Shown here: in pieces, positions 25,686 through 38,300 of the stretch | How the letters are laid out: each line of letters begins with the position of its first letter | How positions within the stretch are numbered: the stretch's first letter is position 1 | DNA from: Camelus ferus | Taxonomy: Eukaryota | Assembly (NCBI RefSeq): GCF_009834535.1 | Contig: NC_045697.1 | Span: 81,222,001-81,286,000 of the forward strand | Direction of reading: 5' to 3' | DNA length: 64,000 bases | The notes under the pieces: model-generated | The model's database searches: none | What the model was told of the DNA's origin: nothing | Seen by the model: only the letters and a program-made list of their open reading frames with translations | Made by a program: the position numbers and the translations under genes

Positions 25686-27769
25686 CTGGGATAAAGTTTA
25701 TTTGATAAACTGACAATACAAAAAGGCAGATCAGTTTTTATCAAGCATCTTTTATGTATATAACACTGTGATATGGACTAGGGTAAAGTGAGGTGGGAAA
25801 GAGACAATTTAGGAAACATTCCTTGTGTTTAAGGAATGTTGTTGTTGATCATAAAGAAATTGTTTTATATATTTCTTTACACACCATTTTATAGTCTTGC
25901 CTAAATGTGTTTAAAGTGAAATGAGAGGTGAGCTCAATTGTGTGCTCTTGAGAGTTATCCAATAAATATTAATACAGATTAGCTTCAAAGCCGAAAATAT
26001 CCAGTTAAGAGGGACAATAAAATTGGCTTTAAAATTTCCCTTTGACAATTTCTTTGCCTTTTTCCAAAGGGAAAATTAAGATTTGGAAAAGAAGAGAATT
26101 GAAAAAATGAGGACTTATTTCAAAAGTTTGTTTTTTTTTTTAAGTTGAGAAAATATTACTCTATACTACTATACTATGAATAATGTCTGTTGAACATTTT
26201 AAAATTTTCAAAATATGGTCACATAGTATTTCACTTAGCGTTTAAAATAATTCTAGGTATTGTTATCTTTATTTCAGAGGTGAGATTAATAATTCATCTA
26301 GAAAGTGGTTTGGCTCAACCAGGCTCTGAAATCTGAATCTTATGATTCCAACCTCTCGTTCCTCATAGTTCCTGTGGGGACTCTGGCTACCGTGCTAGGT
26401 TTGACATCATCTACTTACTGATGGTTAGCTGAACTTTAAATATTTTAGCTGTGCTATGTATATTTGACTTAAAACAGCCACTTGAGTTTCAGAATTTAAT
26501 GTTTTAAAGGAAGGAGTTAAAACTCACATAAATGAATTAGTATTTAAATAGTGCTATGTATTTATAATTTAGTTTCATACTGCTATAGATAGTAAGTGCT
26601 TGGAATTTCAAATAAAGAAGTGAGACTCAAATAGCAAAGCATCTATTTAAAAAAAATTTTAGTTGAGATTTTAGAAAAAACACCTTCTTGCTCATTACTT
26701 TTATTTACATGCTAGGATTCTAGAGGTGTTTCGGATATAAAAATTTTACCTGGGTGTGCACTACTAATTTGGACTCAATTTGAAAAGCTTAGGACTCATT
26801 TATTTTGACAATAACCTGAATTAGTAATGCATTTCTTCATATTTTTTTCTTATCTGATAGGAACAGGATAGGCTGCAAACATACTTAGGTGTTGCTTTGC
26901 CTTCTAATCTTAAAATTACTGTTTCTGTTTCAAAGAAGACTAGTTTTAGATGTAGTGGTCGGTGAGTGGAAGAATAAGACATAGAAAATAGCTCTGTCTC
27001 AGCGTTATTTCCAAATTGGTATGATGTCTTCCAGTGGACACCTATTCTGCTGACTTCTAGATGTTTTTGTTGAATAATTTATGTGTTCTTTACATCTCTT
27101 TTTGACAGAGGAACACATTAAACATAATTTTAAAACTTATATTTGAGCTTTTGTTTTCAAAACCAAGTGGTGAAGGCAATTGTCTACACCAGTTTTGTAT
27201 GAATCCGGGAAACCTGTGCAGTCATAACGTCTATCTCCTGCTAAGGAGTTCTCTTGTTATTTAAAGTTATGTCTTTGTCTTTAAAGTGAACTTCCATGAA
27301 GACATTGCTCCTCTGATTTTGGTTATACCACCTCAATTCAAGATGTAAAAGCTGATTAGTAATTCTGCTCTTATTCATGAGTCATAATGGTCAATACATT
27401 CTGTATTGTCTTTTCTAGGGACACTGTTTATGGGCAAATCTTAGGGAAATTGCTAAAAGTATGCTCCAGCATCTGTTTCATTTTTGAAAGCCATATTTTA
27501 CCCTGCTATTTGGTTCAGATTGATGTCAAATTGTTAAGATACATCTATATAAGTCTCAAACAGAATGCAATGACTTTTTTGATAGAGTGCTCTACCTGTT
27601 AAAAATCATATTCTTATTCCCATTCAATAAAACTTGTACAAGTGGAGTACTTAGTAGATACTTGAAACTGTTCCGTGATCTCAGCAGGAACCACAATAAA
27701 TAAAAGTAATTGCCCTTATATCCAAAAAAAGTAAATTTCTGTTGAACAAACAAAAACAAACTAAAGCTG

Positions 27770-29070
27770 CATAAAAGGTAGCATGAAAATGAGGATGTAA
27801 TAGAAGCAACTAGACAGAATTAAATGCTTAGTGAATCCAAATTAAAGAAAAGAGCAGAGTAGCACAGTGTTGATTAGAGGGTGTTTCATTAAGTAAATGA
27901 GTTTTAAGCAGATCTTTGAGGAGACTGTAACCTTTGACCCAGTGTAAAAAAAGGAGCGAGGGTATGCAAAGGTGAATTATTTACTATCATATTGTTTTGT
28001 AAATTTTATTTCTCTTCTCCCCCTTCTCTGATTTTGGAGCGAACTGGGCTGTTTTAAGTGACATCCCACAGTTTGAATATCTAGCTATGAGAATATACTT
28101 TATTTCCACATTTTCCACAAAATGACATAGTGTCCAATTCCTGCACCTTTTTGTACATGTGTCTAAGTAGCTTCCACATATATAGTGACTTTCCATTAGC
28201 TAATGTTTTCTTAAATATACTGATCAATGACAAACAGAGAATATTAGGGCCTGGAAGGTATTGGAATATGTTAAAGTGAATTTCAAATAACCAGGGAAAT
28301 ATCGCATTATTTTAGAGTATTTTTACTTGTCAAATATTAATTTTAAGTACTCATCACATGCAAATATACTAGAAGTTAGTAAGGGTTTTGTTTTTGGTTT
28401 TTTTCTTTTTAATGTGTGAAACAGGGTCTCTATCCTCAAGGGTAGTCACTATGAAGAAAAACATGTACCTAAGTAATTATAATAAAAAGCTTAAAAAATG
28501 TCAAGCAAAGTTCTCTGAAAGTTCAAAAGAGGCTTGACATTCCTGTCTTGTGCCAGACAACAGGCAACATAGAGAATGAGCAGGCCAAAGGGTACAAGAT
28601 AAGACAGGTGAGACAGAGAGGTTTATGAGCCAGATGGGAGGATTTCTGTACTTCAGAATGGTTTATTGAAGAGGGCTGGAAATAAATCGTCTTCAAAAAA
28701 TTTAATCTTTAAAATTAGAATAATCTGGCAAGTGTGGCTTGATCAGATCAATCATGGCTATTATAGGAGATTTGGACATGATAGGGGAATCCAACAATAA
28801 AAAAGGAGGTTATTAAAATAATATTTGGGCTTTAAGAGCTTTGATGGTGGTAGCCATGAATGGAAAGAAAGAGAAAAATGGAGTGCCTTGCAGAGGAAGA
28901 AAACACAGGACTTGCCAACTTGCTTACGTGCCAAGAAATAGAGAGGAAATAGAGAAAGCTTTGCGCCTTAGTGTCAGAGCCCATTCATAGAAAGATATTG
29001 AAGTCAAAGGGAAGAGCTGGTGTGAATGGTGACATCAGGGGGGTGTTAACACTATTTTAGTTGAATTAAA
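27770..29070 (-). mobile_element. Highly degraded L2 fragments
   Basis: acagggtctctatcctcaagg, ggtggtagccatgaatggaaag, acaggacttgccaacttgctt, gggaagagctgg. Confidence 0.5.
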
Positions 29071-30148
29071 ATGACCTGAAAATTAATTACACATATGATA
29101 TTCTTCCATAAATGCATGCTTATCTCCCAAATTTAACCATTTATAAAAGGATAGGAAAAAATCAGAATTATAACTACACTTGAAACAGTAAGATTCATTC
29201 AGACATTTAGGGACATTATTTAAAACTTGTAAGTATGGACACCTAATTCCTATTAATTTGTATGTTAATACAGAAGTAAATTAATGTTAATTTCATAATA
29301 AAAATTCATTCCCATCTGTAATGACAACCATTTTGATGATCTAGATCCGTGGCCTCACAACTATCAGTGAATATTTTGAGACGGTGTCCCTAATACATGG
29401 ATATTTATTTTTATAAATCATATACTTGTACTCTTATCATCACTTATATACTTTATAAAACATGCAAAATGGAAACAAGTAAATGAAATGAACATTATTT
29501 TAAATATTTTGTTCTGTTTATTAACGACCTAGCACCTTTTCTGGTGCTAACAAAAATCATAATGCTTTAGCTGAAAGGAATGTGACTGAACAAGTCAGTC
29601 TGATTAGAGATCCTGTTTGAAACCTGTAATGTGACTTGACTGACAAAACATGCACTGAGGAAATGGGAGCACTGTCACTTTGCCATTTTCTTGCTGTTCA
29701 TTTGTGCTTGAGTTATTGGTATTACATTTAATCAGCAGTCTCTTCCAAGGAAGAGTTTTCAAACTATTTGCTTCATCTGGGAGGGTTAATTTAGTCAAAC
29801 TGGAGCATAACAATCTGTAAATGCCTTTGTATGGTTTTATAAACTACAACATGTAGTAACAGACTGAACCCGAAGAAAGCAGTGAGGTTGCTACTGTCAA
29901 CCCTGTTCACTGTCACTCCCTCTCTCTTCCAAGGATGCTGTGCATGTGGTCTGAGACAGGAGGCTGCCTGAGATTCAGCCTCGTGGGGCATCGGGGTTTT
30001 CACCTCTACAAAATAATATTGTAGGTCAGTATCTTTCTTACTTTTAGATGAGTATCGATCAATGTCCTAAAACTTTTTTCCTAAATGCCAATGGACTGCC
30101 TTCTATTCAACCCGCAGTGGTTGTCAAAACTTCTTACAGGAGTTAATG

Positions 30149-30380
30149 GCACATTATAGTTAAGAGTTCATGAGTCAGTAATGCACGGGTTCAAAACGAG
30201 CTCTACCAGTTACCTTACTTATGCCTTCTGTCTCTTAACTCTCCCATCTGTAAATTGAGGACGTTATATACTTTGTAGACTTGCTGGGAAGAATAACTGA
30301 AGTAACATATAATGCTCCCATATATGGACAATGTACGGTACATAAGAAGCCTTCAATGAGCACGAATTGTTGTTGTTGTT
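30149..30380 (+). mobile_element. MIR SINE
   Basis: atagttaagag...gggttcaaaacgagctctacca...cccatctgtaaattgagg. Confidence 0.8.
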
Positions 30381-30914
30381 TTATGGCAACAAAGAATCCA
30401 TCTGAGGCCATGCAGGTTCCCCAACGTGTGAAATTATATTATTATATCCACAAAATCAAATGTACATATTTACTGTTTACTGGAGATATTTGACTCGACC
30501 TCAAACATCCTTTCTTTTTGTCAGTCTTCAATATGTTTTAACTTCCAATGTGTGGGGGCCCCTGTGTCAACTGTAGCTGGGATATATTAGCAGATTCCTT
30601 CCTCTCTTCTAGAACATTAATTTTCAATATGGGTTAGAATATATTTCTATAAAAATAATCTGATGAAGTTATTATTTAAAGATGAAACAAAACAACCATG
30701 ACCCAACCTCTTTCTTGGAAGAGAAGTCTTGATAAGAGATTCAGTATAATTTGCATTTCAAATGTAATGGGAGTTACGCTTCATCATTTCATGTAATTAT
30801 TTGAATATCTCTTCCTTGGCTAACAATGATTTTCTTGGTTTTACACAGAAAAGCAGGGTTTTTGGTTTCTTGAAGCAGTACTGATAGTTAATTCCGGGAC
30901 CCCTTTCAAAATTT

Positions 30915-31200
30915 CCATTAAAGTCAACCTTGACCAAGCTATTTAATAATGCAGCCGCTTCCAAACCTCGTCCAATACTCTTTATCCTGTTCTACGTTTT
31001 CTTTATATTCCATAGGACTTAACATCTTCAATATGTTGTATAATTTACTTATTTATTATATATGTTAACTGTCTCCCCCACCACACACATTCAAATGAGG
31101 GTAGGGAACCTATCTTTCTTTGTACCCTGATATATCCCACAAGGCTAAAACAGCACCTGGAACATAGAGTGCTCAATAAATATGCATGGAATGAAGGATG
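30915..31200 (+). mobile_element. L2 3' end
   Basis: aaacagcacctggaacatagagtgctcaataaatatgcatggaatgaa. Confidence 0.85.
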
Positions 31201-34200
31201 ATAGTGTTTGGAATCAACGGAAATCAATTACTAGAAGGTAGGTGCTCAAATTTCACAGCACCAGGGTGCAGACATTTCGAGTGGAGCTGCAATTACTGCC
31301 AGTTGGCTGAGATGAATCGAGAATCATGCTCAAATGTACACCATGTTTTCTTTAGTTACCGAGCCATTTTATATAGCTGGGTATTTGAGCCTGTTCAGTT
31401 AGATAATCAGATGATATGATAAGGAAAATATTACAATTTGAAGAACACTTTGATCTTGTGAAAAATAAACCCCTAAAGTTAAACAAAATTAACAGCTTTC
31501 ATTTTTCCTGTTAATTAATCAGCAAGCTAGAACTAACTAGGTATTCATGATTAGCTAACCAGAAAATGCCACACTGAATGGAGAAAACCATAAAAATCTC
31601 AATAGACACTTTGAGCAGCAACAGAAAAATCTCTGAATAAATTATCTGCTTTTCTTAGAATAGGTCACTTCAAGAAATCTCTGAAATTCTGATTTGTAAC
31701 TATTACAGATCATTGAAGTGGTACAGTAAGTGTAACTTTAGAGACTGAAATGTGTGCTGAACTGTCTGCTCTAATTCACACAATTCCTCTCCCAGAATCT
31801 CAGAGAAGCATTTGTTATTGTTTCTCTTTTTTTTCCAATATCATCTAAACTGGGCAGGAAGTTATACAGTTATGAATTGTTGTTTAATGATATAATCAGA
31901 TGAAGCCAGAGCTATCTGTTAGGGGAATTGTGAACCTGGAATCAGCACATGAAACATTTACGATGATATGATGACACATTTTAATTTGAATTAAGAAAAG
32001 ATTAAATTCATAATAATTTGTACTATGATTCATTTTCAATAAAATGATACCTCTATTTTCACTTAGAAGTAATGAAAGATGTATTTTGACATCTCTTTTA
32101 TAAAATTATTATTACTATATTGCTAGAATTCTGACATTGAAATGCAATGTTAATTTGAAAAAGAATCTACTTTAGACACATGTGTACAGTTGTTTTGTGT
32201 AGCCCAATACATTTCTTCTAGGCCACCATATATGATCAGAGACTAAGCGATGTTAAATGATCCTAAAATTTCTGTGCAAATTTTATTTGAATTCTCCAAA
32301 ATTATCTTCCCAGTCATTTGTTTTAATTAGAATGCCCTGGTTTTTATTTGTTTCCTATATTGTACATTTGATTTTTACAAATACCTTTTATAATTTCTCT
32401 ATGATAATCATCTCTTTTAAAATCTCTTCTGTTACTGTAAAAAAAAAAACCTTCATTTTTTGATGCATTAAAATTATAATGCAGTAAAGATTTAAAGTAG
32501 AAATGTGGATTGTCTACTGACAGAGTGAGTTTTCTGAAGCTTGCTTTTCCTATCTTTAAAATAGAAATAAAAAGACCTACTTTAAAGAATTAATATGAGA
32601 TATAAACGATATAAATCATGAAAACCTGCCTTGTGCATATACTTTTTATGTATGAAGAAGTAGAATACTATGGTCATAAGACTGCTTAAATTCCTACAGG
32701 GAGTTCATCTTAGAGTAGAGATTGGGATGCATATTTCCCAGTCCCTCATCTTTTTACTATGCTATGCTATTATTCACGTCTACCTCCAAATTGTAGTGTC
32801 AGAGAATGCCTTTTCACCTCAAGGACATTTTTAAGTCATAGTAATAAGCAAGAGGCGTTCTAAGGGCCAAATGTTCATCTCTTACTTCTGTTTCCAAAGT
32901 TCCATGTCCGATCTGGAGGCCCTTACTTTCTGCAGCAAACCTCGTGCCCCTCCTTGTACCTGTCAGAAAGGTGATCAGCCTGGAATCAAATAAACATCCC
33001 TCATTTTCATTACTGCCAGCTCCTTAAGTTATTTCAACAAGGCCAATATTAAAAATCCAATTTTCATTCAGTATGCAGCCCTCCGCTGGTTTAAATTGAG
33101 AACTCAAATTACTTGCCAGTATGAGGCTCTTCAGGCTAAATTAGAAAAGGACTCTGGAGAATTCCTTTTTACGTGTTCATAGGTGGCCTCATAGACCAAA
33201 ATGAAAAAAAAAAGTCACATTTAGAAGAAATAACTACTTACTGTTACTTCAATGCATTCTTGAAAATCAATGATGCTGCAGGGTGTTCAGCTGAACAGGT
33301 TTCCATGAAGCAGCTATCTGACCTGGCCAGGCTGTACTTAGTTAAACGGAGGGACCCTGGAGGGAGTCATGTATTATCTCTTGCATCTTCTCTCATTTCT
33401 CTATCATCCAGGCTGATGCTATTGCCTGTTGCATAGCAAATACGATTCTTTTTCCAACTTTGGAGCTGCTGTGTTTATGAGGTACTTTTTACTCCACTGC
33501 AGCTCTACCTATTATAAAAATTACTCTTCCTCCAAATCTGCTTATACATCTAAAATTTCCATCATGTTTTTCTCAATTTTTTATTAGGAGAGCATTTCCT
33601 TTTCCATCTTATTTTCATTTTACTTCTCTTAGCATATTTAGTCATCAACATAGATGAAGGAGATAGAACAAGTTAAAAAACGGAGATACGTTCTTCAAGT
33701 TTCTAAAGGAAATATATATCTGTAAAATGGGTGATAATAGTATCAACAATTCATAAAATCAGCTCTTAAAGGTGAGAAGTATGTCACCATTCTAATCGTT
33801 TGGTGACGGATTTTTCCCATAAGGTAGAAAATAATGTCCACCTGCATTTATAAGTAATCTGAATATATAGGAATAACATTATATTCAAGGAAAGCTGTGT
33901 AATGATTCAGTCTTGTAGTTTTTGTAGGTCTATTCTTAACTTCCTACATGACAGCAAGGGCTTAGGAAGAAAGAACTTAATCTTATTTATTTTCATATTT
34001 CTTTTATAAGCAAACACACACAATGCACTGTCCTGAGTCTAGGCCCTGTATGTATTGGACTGAATTGAACTGAATATACCACTGGATTTCTTAATACACC
34101 CAGAGAGAAATATGCCTCATTATGGAAGAATTAGGTAAGTGATGTTCTTTTTGCCCACTCCAACCATCAAAATCCTGATTTTAATATAAAAGTAATATTT

Positions 34201-35319
34201 CCCTGGTTCTAGGGGTTTTAAACTTGCATCCTTTTGAAGAGGATTAAAGGATTTGTTTGAAATGACACTCTATATTGGAAATTATATGTAGCCTATGATA
34301 CATAAGTATCTACAATACATTGTGATAGTCATCTCTGGTTTTCCTCTGCTGATGATAACTTAAGTACTGTGGCTAATGGAATCGTTCTGCTTTGGACTGG
34401 ATTTCTGGGCTTAGAGGGCCCGGGGATTAATCATTTCCACCAGAGGCTCTTATCCCTTGCCTGCTTTCCTGTTCTGTTCTCCAGTCTCAGAATTCTTCAA
34501 CTGTCCACAAAACTTAGCGTTTGCTTTGCTCGATGCAAGAAAGGCTGTTTCATTCTGAAACAATCTCCGTCTGTCCCCTCAAGTGAGCATCATATATCTA
34601 CAGCCTCTTCTGGAGATCCTTTTTTTTTTTTTTTTTTTTTACTGGCATACTATGAGCATGAGAGAGGCTTTTTAAAACCTGTTTTAATGGAAAGAATCAC
34701 TTCCAGTTTAGAATCCGAGTTGAAAACGGATTCCCCAAAGTGCAGAGACCTGGAGGTCAGGACTCACATTGTGCAACCCCATTAACTATTCCCTGGGTAG
34801 CAGATACACTGGAGTAGCACATACTTCACCCCCTTGATGAAGGCCTTAGGGAAACATTGTTTCTAAAAGAAAGCAGGCTCTGGGCAAGAATTAAAAGCAG
34901 TCTCATAACGTAAGTGCTAGAATTCAGGATTTTAAGCCTCATTGCTCTCAGATATATCATCAAAGTGACATTGCTGATAGAGGAAATCTTGTGGTCTGAC
35001 TATAGTTTTGCAATCAGACTTCTTTTTTTTTAACTTAAACTCCAGGCTTAATCAATAGAGTGTTTTGTGGTCTTGCCTCTGTTTGCCTACGCTCCTGCCT
35101 CATGGCATATATTTTGCCCTTTGGTTGAGGGTCTCTTGCTGGTGCAGAAAGATTTATTTTAGGCTTTGGATTTAAATCTGGCTTGCCTTTCTCAGATGAG
35201 TCACCTCAGTCCCAAGGCTTGTAACAAGGCATGATTTGCTATCCCCTCCATTCTGGGCCTAAACCTTGGATCCAGCTGAGAATGTATCTTGTTTATCTCC
35301 TACTATAATCACAAAAGAT

Positions 35320-35440
35320 TAGGGAATAAGCTTGATGAAAGCAGAGTCAAGTCTGTTTGTTTACTGCTGTATCACCGATGCCAAGCAGTTTCTGGTTTGT
35401 ACTAAGTACTTAAATGCATGTGTGCAAATGAATGGACAGA
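35320..35440 (+). mobile_element. L2 3' tail
   Basis: tctgtttgtttactgctgtatcacc...gcaaatgaatgga. Confidence 0.7.
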
Positions 35441-35554
35441 CTAACACATCAATGTCCGTTTTATGATTTATTGAGATATTTAATCATCTGCTCATTTTTG
35501 TAAATGTGCTTTTAGGTTGTACATTTATAAATGTAATTTCAGGTAGAAATTAAT

Positions 35555-35780
35555 AGGTAATAAAAAAACTAACCTCTACTGAGCATTTATTAAGCACTGT
35601 TGTAAGCAGTATATGCATATTAACTCATTTAATCGTACCAATTGGGCACATGATACTATTGCTTCATTTTACAGATGATGAAACTGTGGCTCAGAGAGGT
35701 TAAGAATATCGCTTAAAGTAAAACAGCTGGTGTAAGGCAAAGGCTAGATTTAATCATAGATGGTCTTGCTTTAGATCCCT
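35555..35780 (-). mobile_element. MIR SINE
   Basis: cattttacagatgatgaaactgtggctcagagaggttaag. Confidence 0.88.
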
Positions 35781-35784
35781 TGTA

Positions 35785-35997
35785 GAATCTCTGGATTATG
35801 AATCCTGGTTTGCTCAGCACTGGTGTGTGACCATTTGGATTTTTATTTATTTATTAATTCCATCATCTGTAAAATGGGACTAATATTTGCATTTATTCAA
35901 TAGTTTCTCGTGAGCAGTAACTGCGATGTTACATAGAAAGTGCTTAGAATTGCTTCCAGGCACAAAGAAAGTGCTCAATAAAGATGATTAATATTAT
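35785..35997 (+). mobile_element. MIR SINE
   Basis: tgaatcctgg...tgtgtgacc...catctgtaaaatggga...aagtgctcaataaa. Confidence 0.88.
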
Positions 35998-37269
35998 GAT
36001 AAATTAAAACCTTTATCACAAATGTTATCTGGATGTGCATTCATTTAACTAAACTTACTGGATACCTGACATTCTCAAATGGAGAAGATTTAAAGCCTAA
36101 GAAAAAACACAGAAGGACAGACTTATCAAAGGTCCTAGCTTGTTCACAGAATGGTAAAACATTCTGAGTGTTCTTTCCGTTCTTTTCTTGCTAAGAAGTT
36201 GGAAGTTATTTTTTAGGCACCTGGTAACCATAGAGGTTTTCCAGGAAGATTATTCTGAAATATGGGCTGCAGTAGGGGAAAAAATATAGTAAGGACAGGA
36301 AGTGTATAATACCTCACAGTCTCAATGAGATATTTAGTAAGCCTGAAATTGACATGTTTGGAAGTCCCTTAGTGAAGGTGATCAATTAAAAGACCTGTAC
36401 TTATCAGTTCTCACTTTGCCAATTTTAGTTTGTGCCAACATTACCATCTTTCTAGAATGTATTCAAAATCTGCAATTAGTATACGCTTCTGACTTTTTTT
36501 TATCAGCAGTCACTAACATCTGTCATTCTACGTTGGAATGTAATGGAATATAAAAGTATGTTTTAAAATACTATATCTTATAATTGTTTAAAAGCTATGT
36601 TTATCAATTCAATTTGCTCTGAAATATCATGGCAGCTAGATCATCTGGCATTAAATGGGAATTGATTTGACTATTATGCCAAATCAAAAGAATGATAAAA
36701 TTAGGGTAAAGTTAACTGATATAAATTACAGACAATGTAGGGAAATCAAGTATCTTCATTTTAACATTTTACCTGATTTCCCAAGAATTTAATCTTTCAT
36801 TTCTCTTATATATTGCCTCATGGGAATATGAGCTTCTTAGAAGTCTGCTAAGAAATCCGATATTTCCATTAATCAACTCATGATGATAAATCACAAAGAT
36901 ACAAAGGATATTAAGATGTTTTAGCTCCCTTCTACGTATGCAGTGAGATGTTTAAGCACAGTTCCAAGTGGCTTGCCAATCATTTTAAAAAGAAAGCAAA
37001 GTAAAACAAAACAGTCCCCAGATTCCTTGAAGCAGAAACTTAAAAATCTCTGTCTTCATTGTCCAAAGACTTGATATGATACTAATTTTTATGCAAAAAT
37101 TCTTCCACTTCTGAAAGATTTTTCTGCATCCATGTGTTCAAATCCTATTTATCTCTCAGGATCTACATCTTTCCTGAAGATTTCATTGAAATCCTCCACC
37201 CATCATAATATTTGATTTTCTCCTTAAAGCGGTCATTTTTATTTTCCCTGTCAATTATTCATTTCCTTT

Positions 37270-37660
37270 GTACTGGTAACAGCACCTTAATTTTCCTCCA
37301 TTGTATGAGGTCTTAGTGAGATTCTTAATGCCTGCTCAGCTTTACCTAAGAAGTGAGCACGCAGTCAAACTAGACTAATCAGGCTGTCTTTTCCAGGATT
37401 TTCATTATTCAGTGGAGTGACCTATAGACAGACGGTTAGATCTGATTGACTTATTAAAGAGATGCTGTAGAAAGTATGGCCATTACTTTCCCCCACCTAG
37501 ACTATCAGTCATGCTCCCTGTTTTGAAAACTGTTTTTTCACCCCCCCAACCTTTTAATAAAACGTGAATTATCATATAGCTTCCAACCAACTGACTTTGC
37601 CTAAGATAACCAGAGTCTGATCCTGTTTGATCGCCAAAAAACAACTGTGTATATTAGGTA
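37270..37660 (+). mobile_element. Old ERVL/MaLR LTR remnant inserted in L2 (L2 at about 37140-37270 and 37720-37870)
   Basis: ctggtaacagcacc start; ttgcctaagataaccagagtctgatcctgtttgatcgccaa end. Confidence 0.5.
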
Positions 37661-37974
37661 ACTTTTACTGGGGCCCCATATTAGAATTTAGTTATATCTT
37701 TACCAGTGTTTTCACTAGCTATTTTTTCACTAGTGTGTTAGTCTTGACTGTATATAATATCGTAAACTCCTTCAGGGTTGAAATCATGTAGCATATTTTA
37801 TTTTTACAGCATCCAGCAACATAGCATTGGGCAGTACTTAATAGTATTGTTTAAAATGTGTCCAGTTTTCAATAACGGTTTACAATTTTCAATTTGCTTC
37901 ATAAAATCAACTTACTTTTATATTCGTTGTGTGCACTTCCCAAGACACATATTATTGCTATTCCTGAAGACAGC

Positions 37975-38300
37975 ACTGTCAACAGGAAAGAGCATGGGCA
38001 GAGAGAGGTTTGAATCCTGCTCCAGCATTTAGGTGCTTTCATCATGCAATGTCTCTGTGGTCTGCTCCTCTTCTGTTAAAGAACAAATAGATAACTTCTA
38101 CCTTAAATTGTGAGGTTACTATATTATGATGTAAAGGGAGTTATAGAATTGATACTAGGATTTAATAAATATTAATTATTTTATAATAATTTTATAAATA
38201 AAGTGAAGCACAAAATGTTTAAGTGGATTTTTGCCTGTTCACATGGTCAGTAAGTGGCTGAATGAGGAGACTCGGATCTGTGTGTCCCTAGACTACTGGG
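37975..38300. mobile_element. Two MIR fragments (plus 37975-38180, minus 38200-38300)
   Basis: ggtttgaatcctgctccagca; ttgcctgttcacatggtcagtaagtggc. Confidence 0.6.

Noticed and set aside
22090..29820. Several exon-like minus-strand stretches (about 22.1, 27.0-27.6, 28.1 and 29.7 kb) as a nested decayed gene
   Set aside because: They have stops in most frames, no consistent phase or donors, and no recognisable protein family. A TBLASTX against non-mammalian genomes would be needed to revive the idea.
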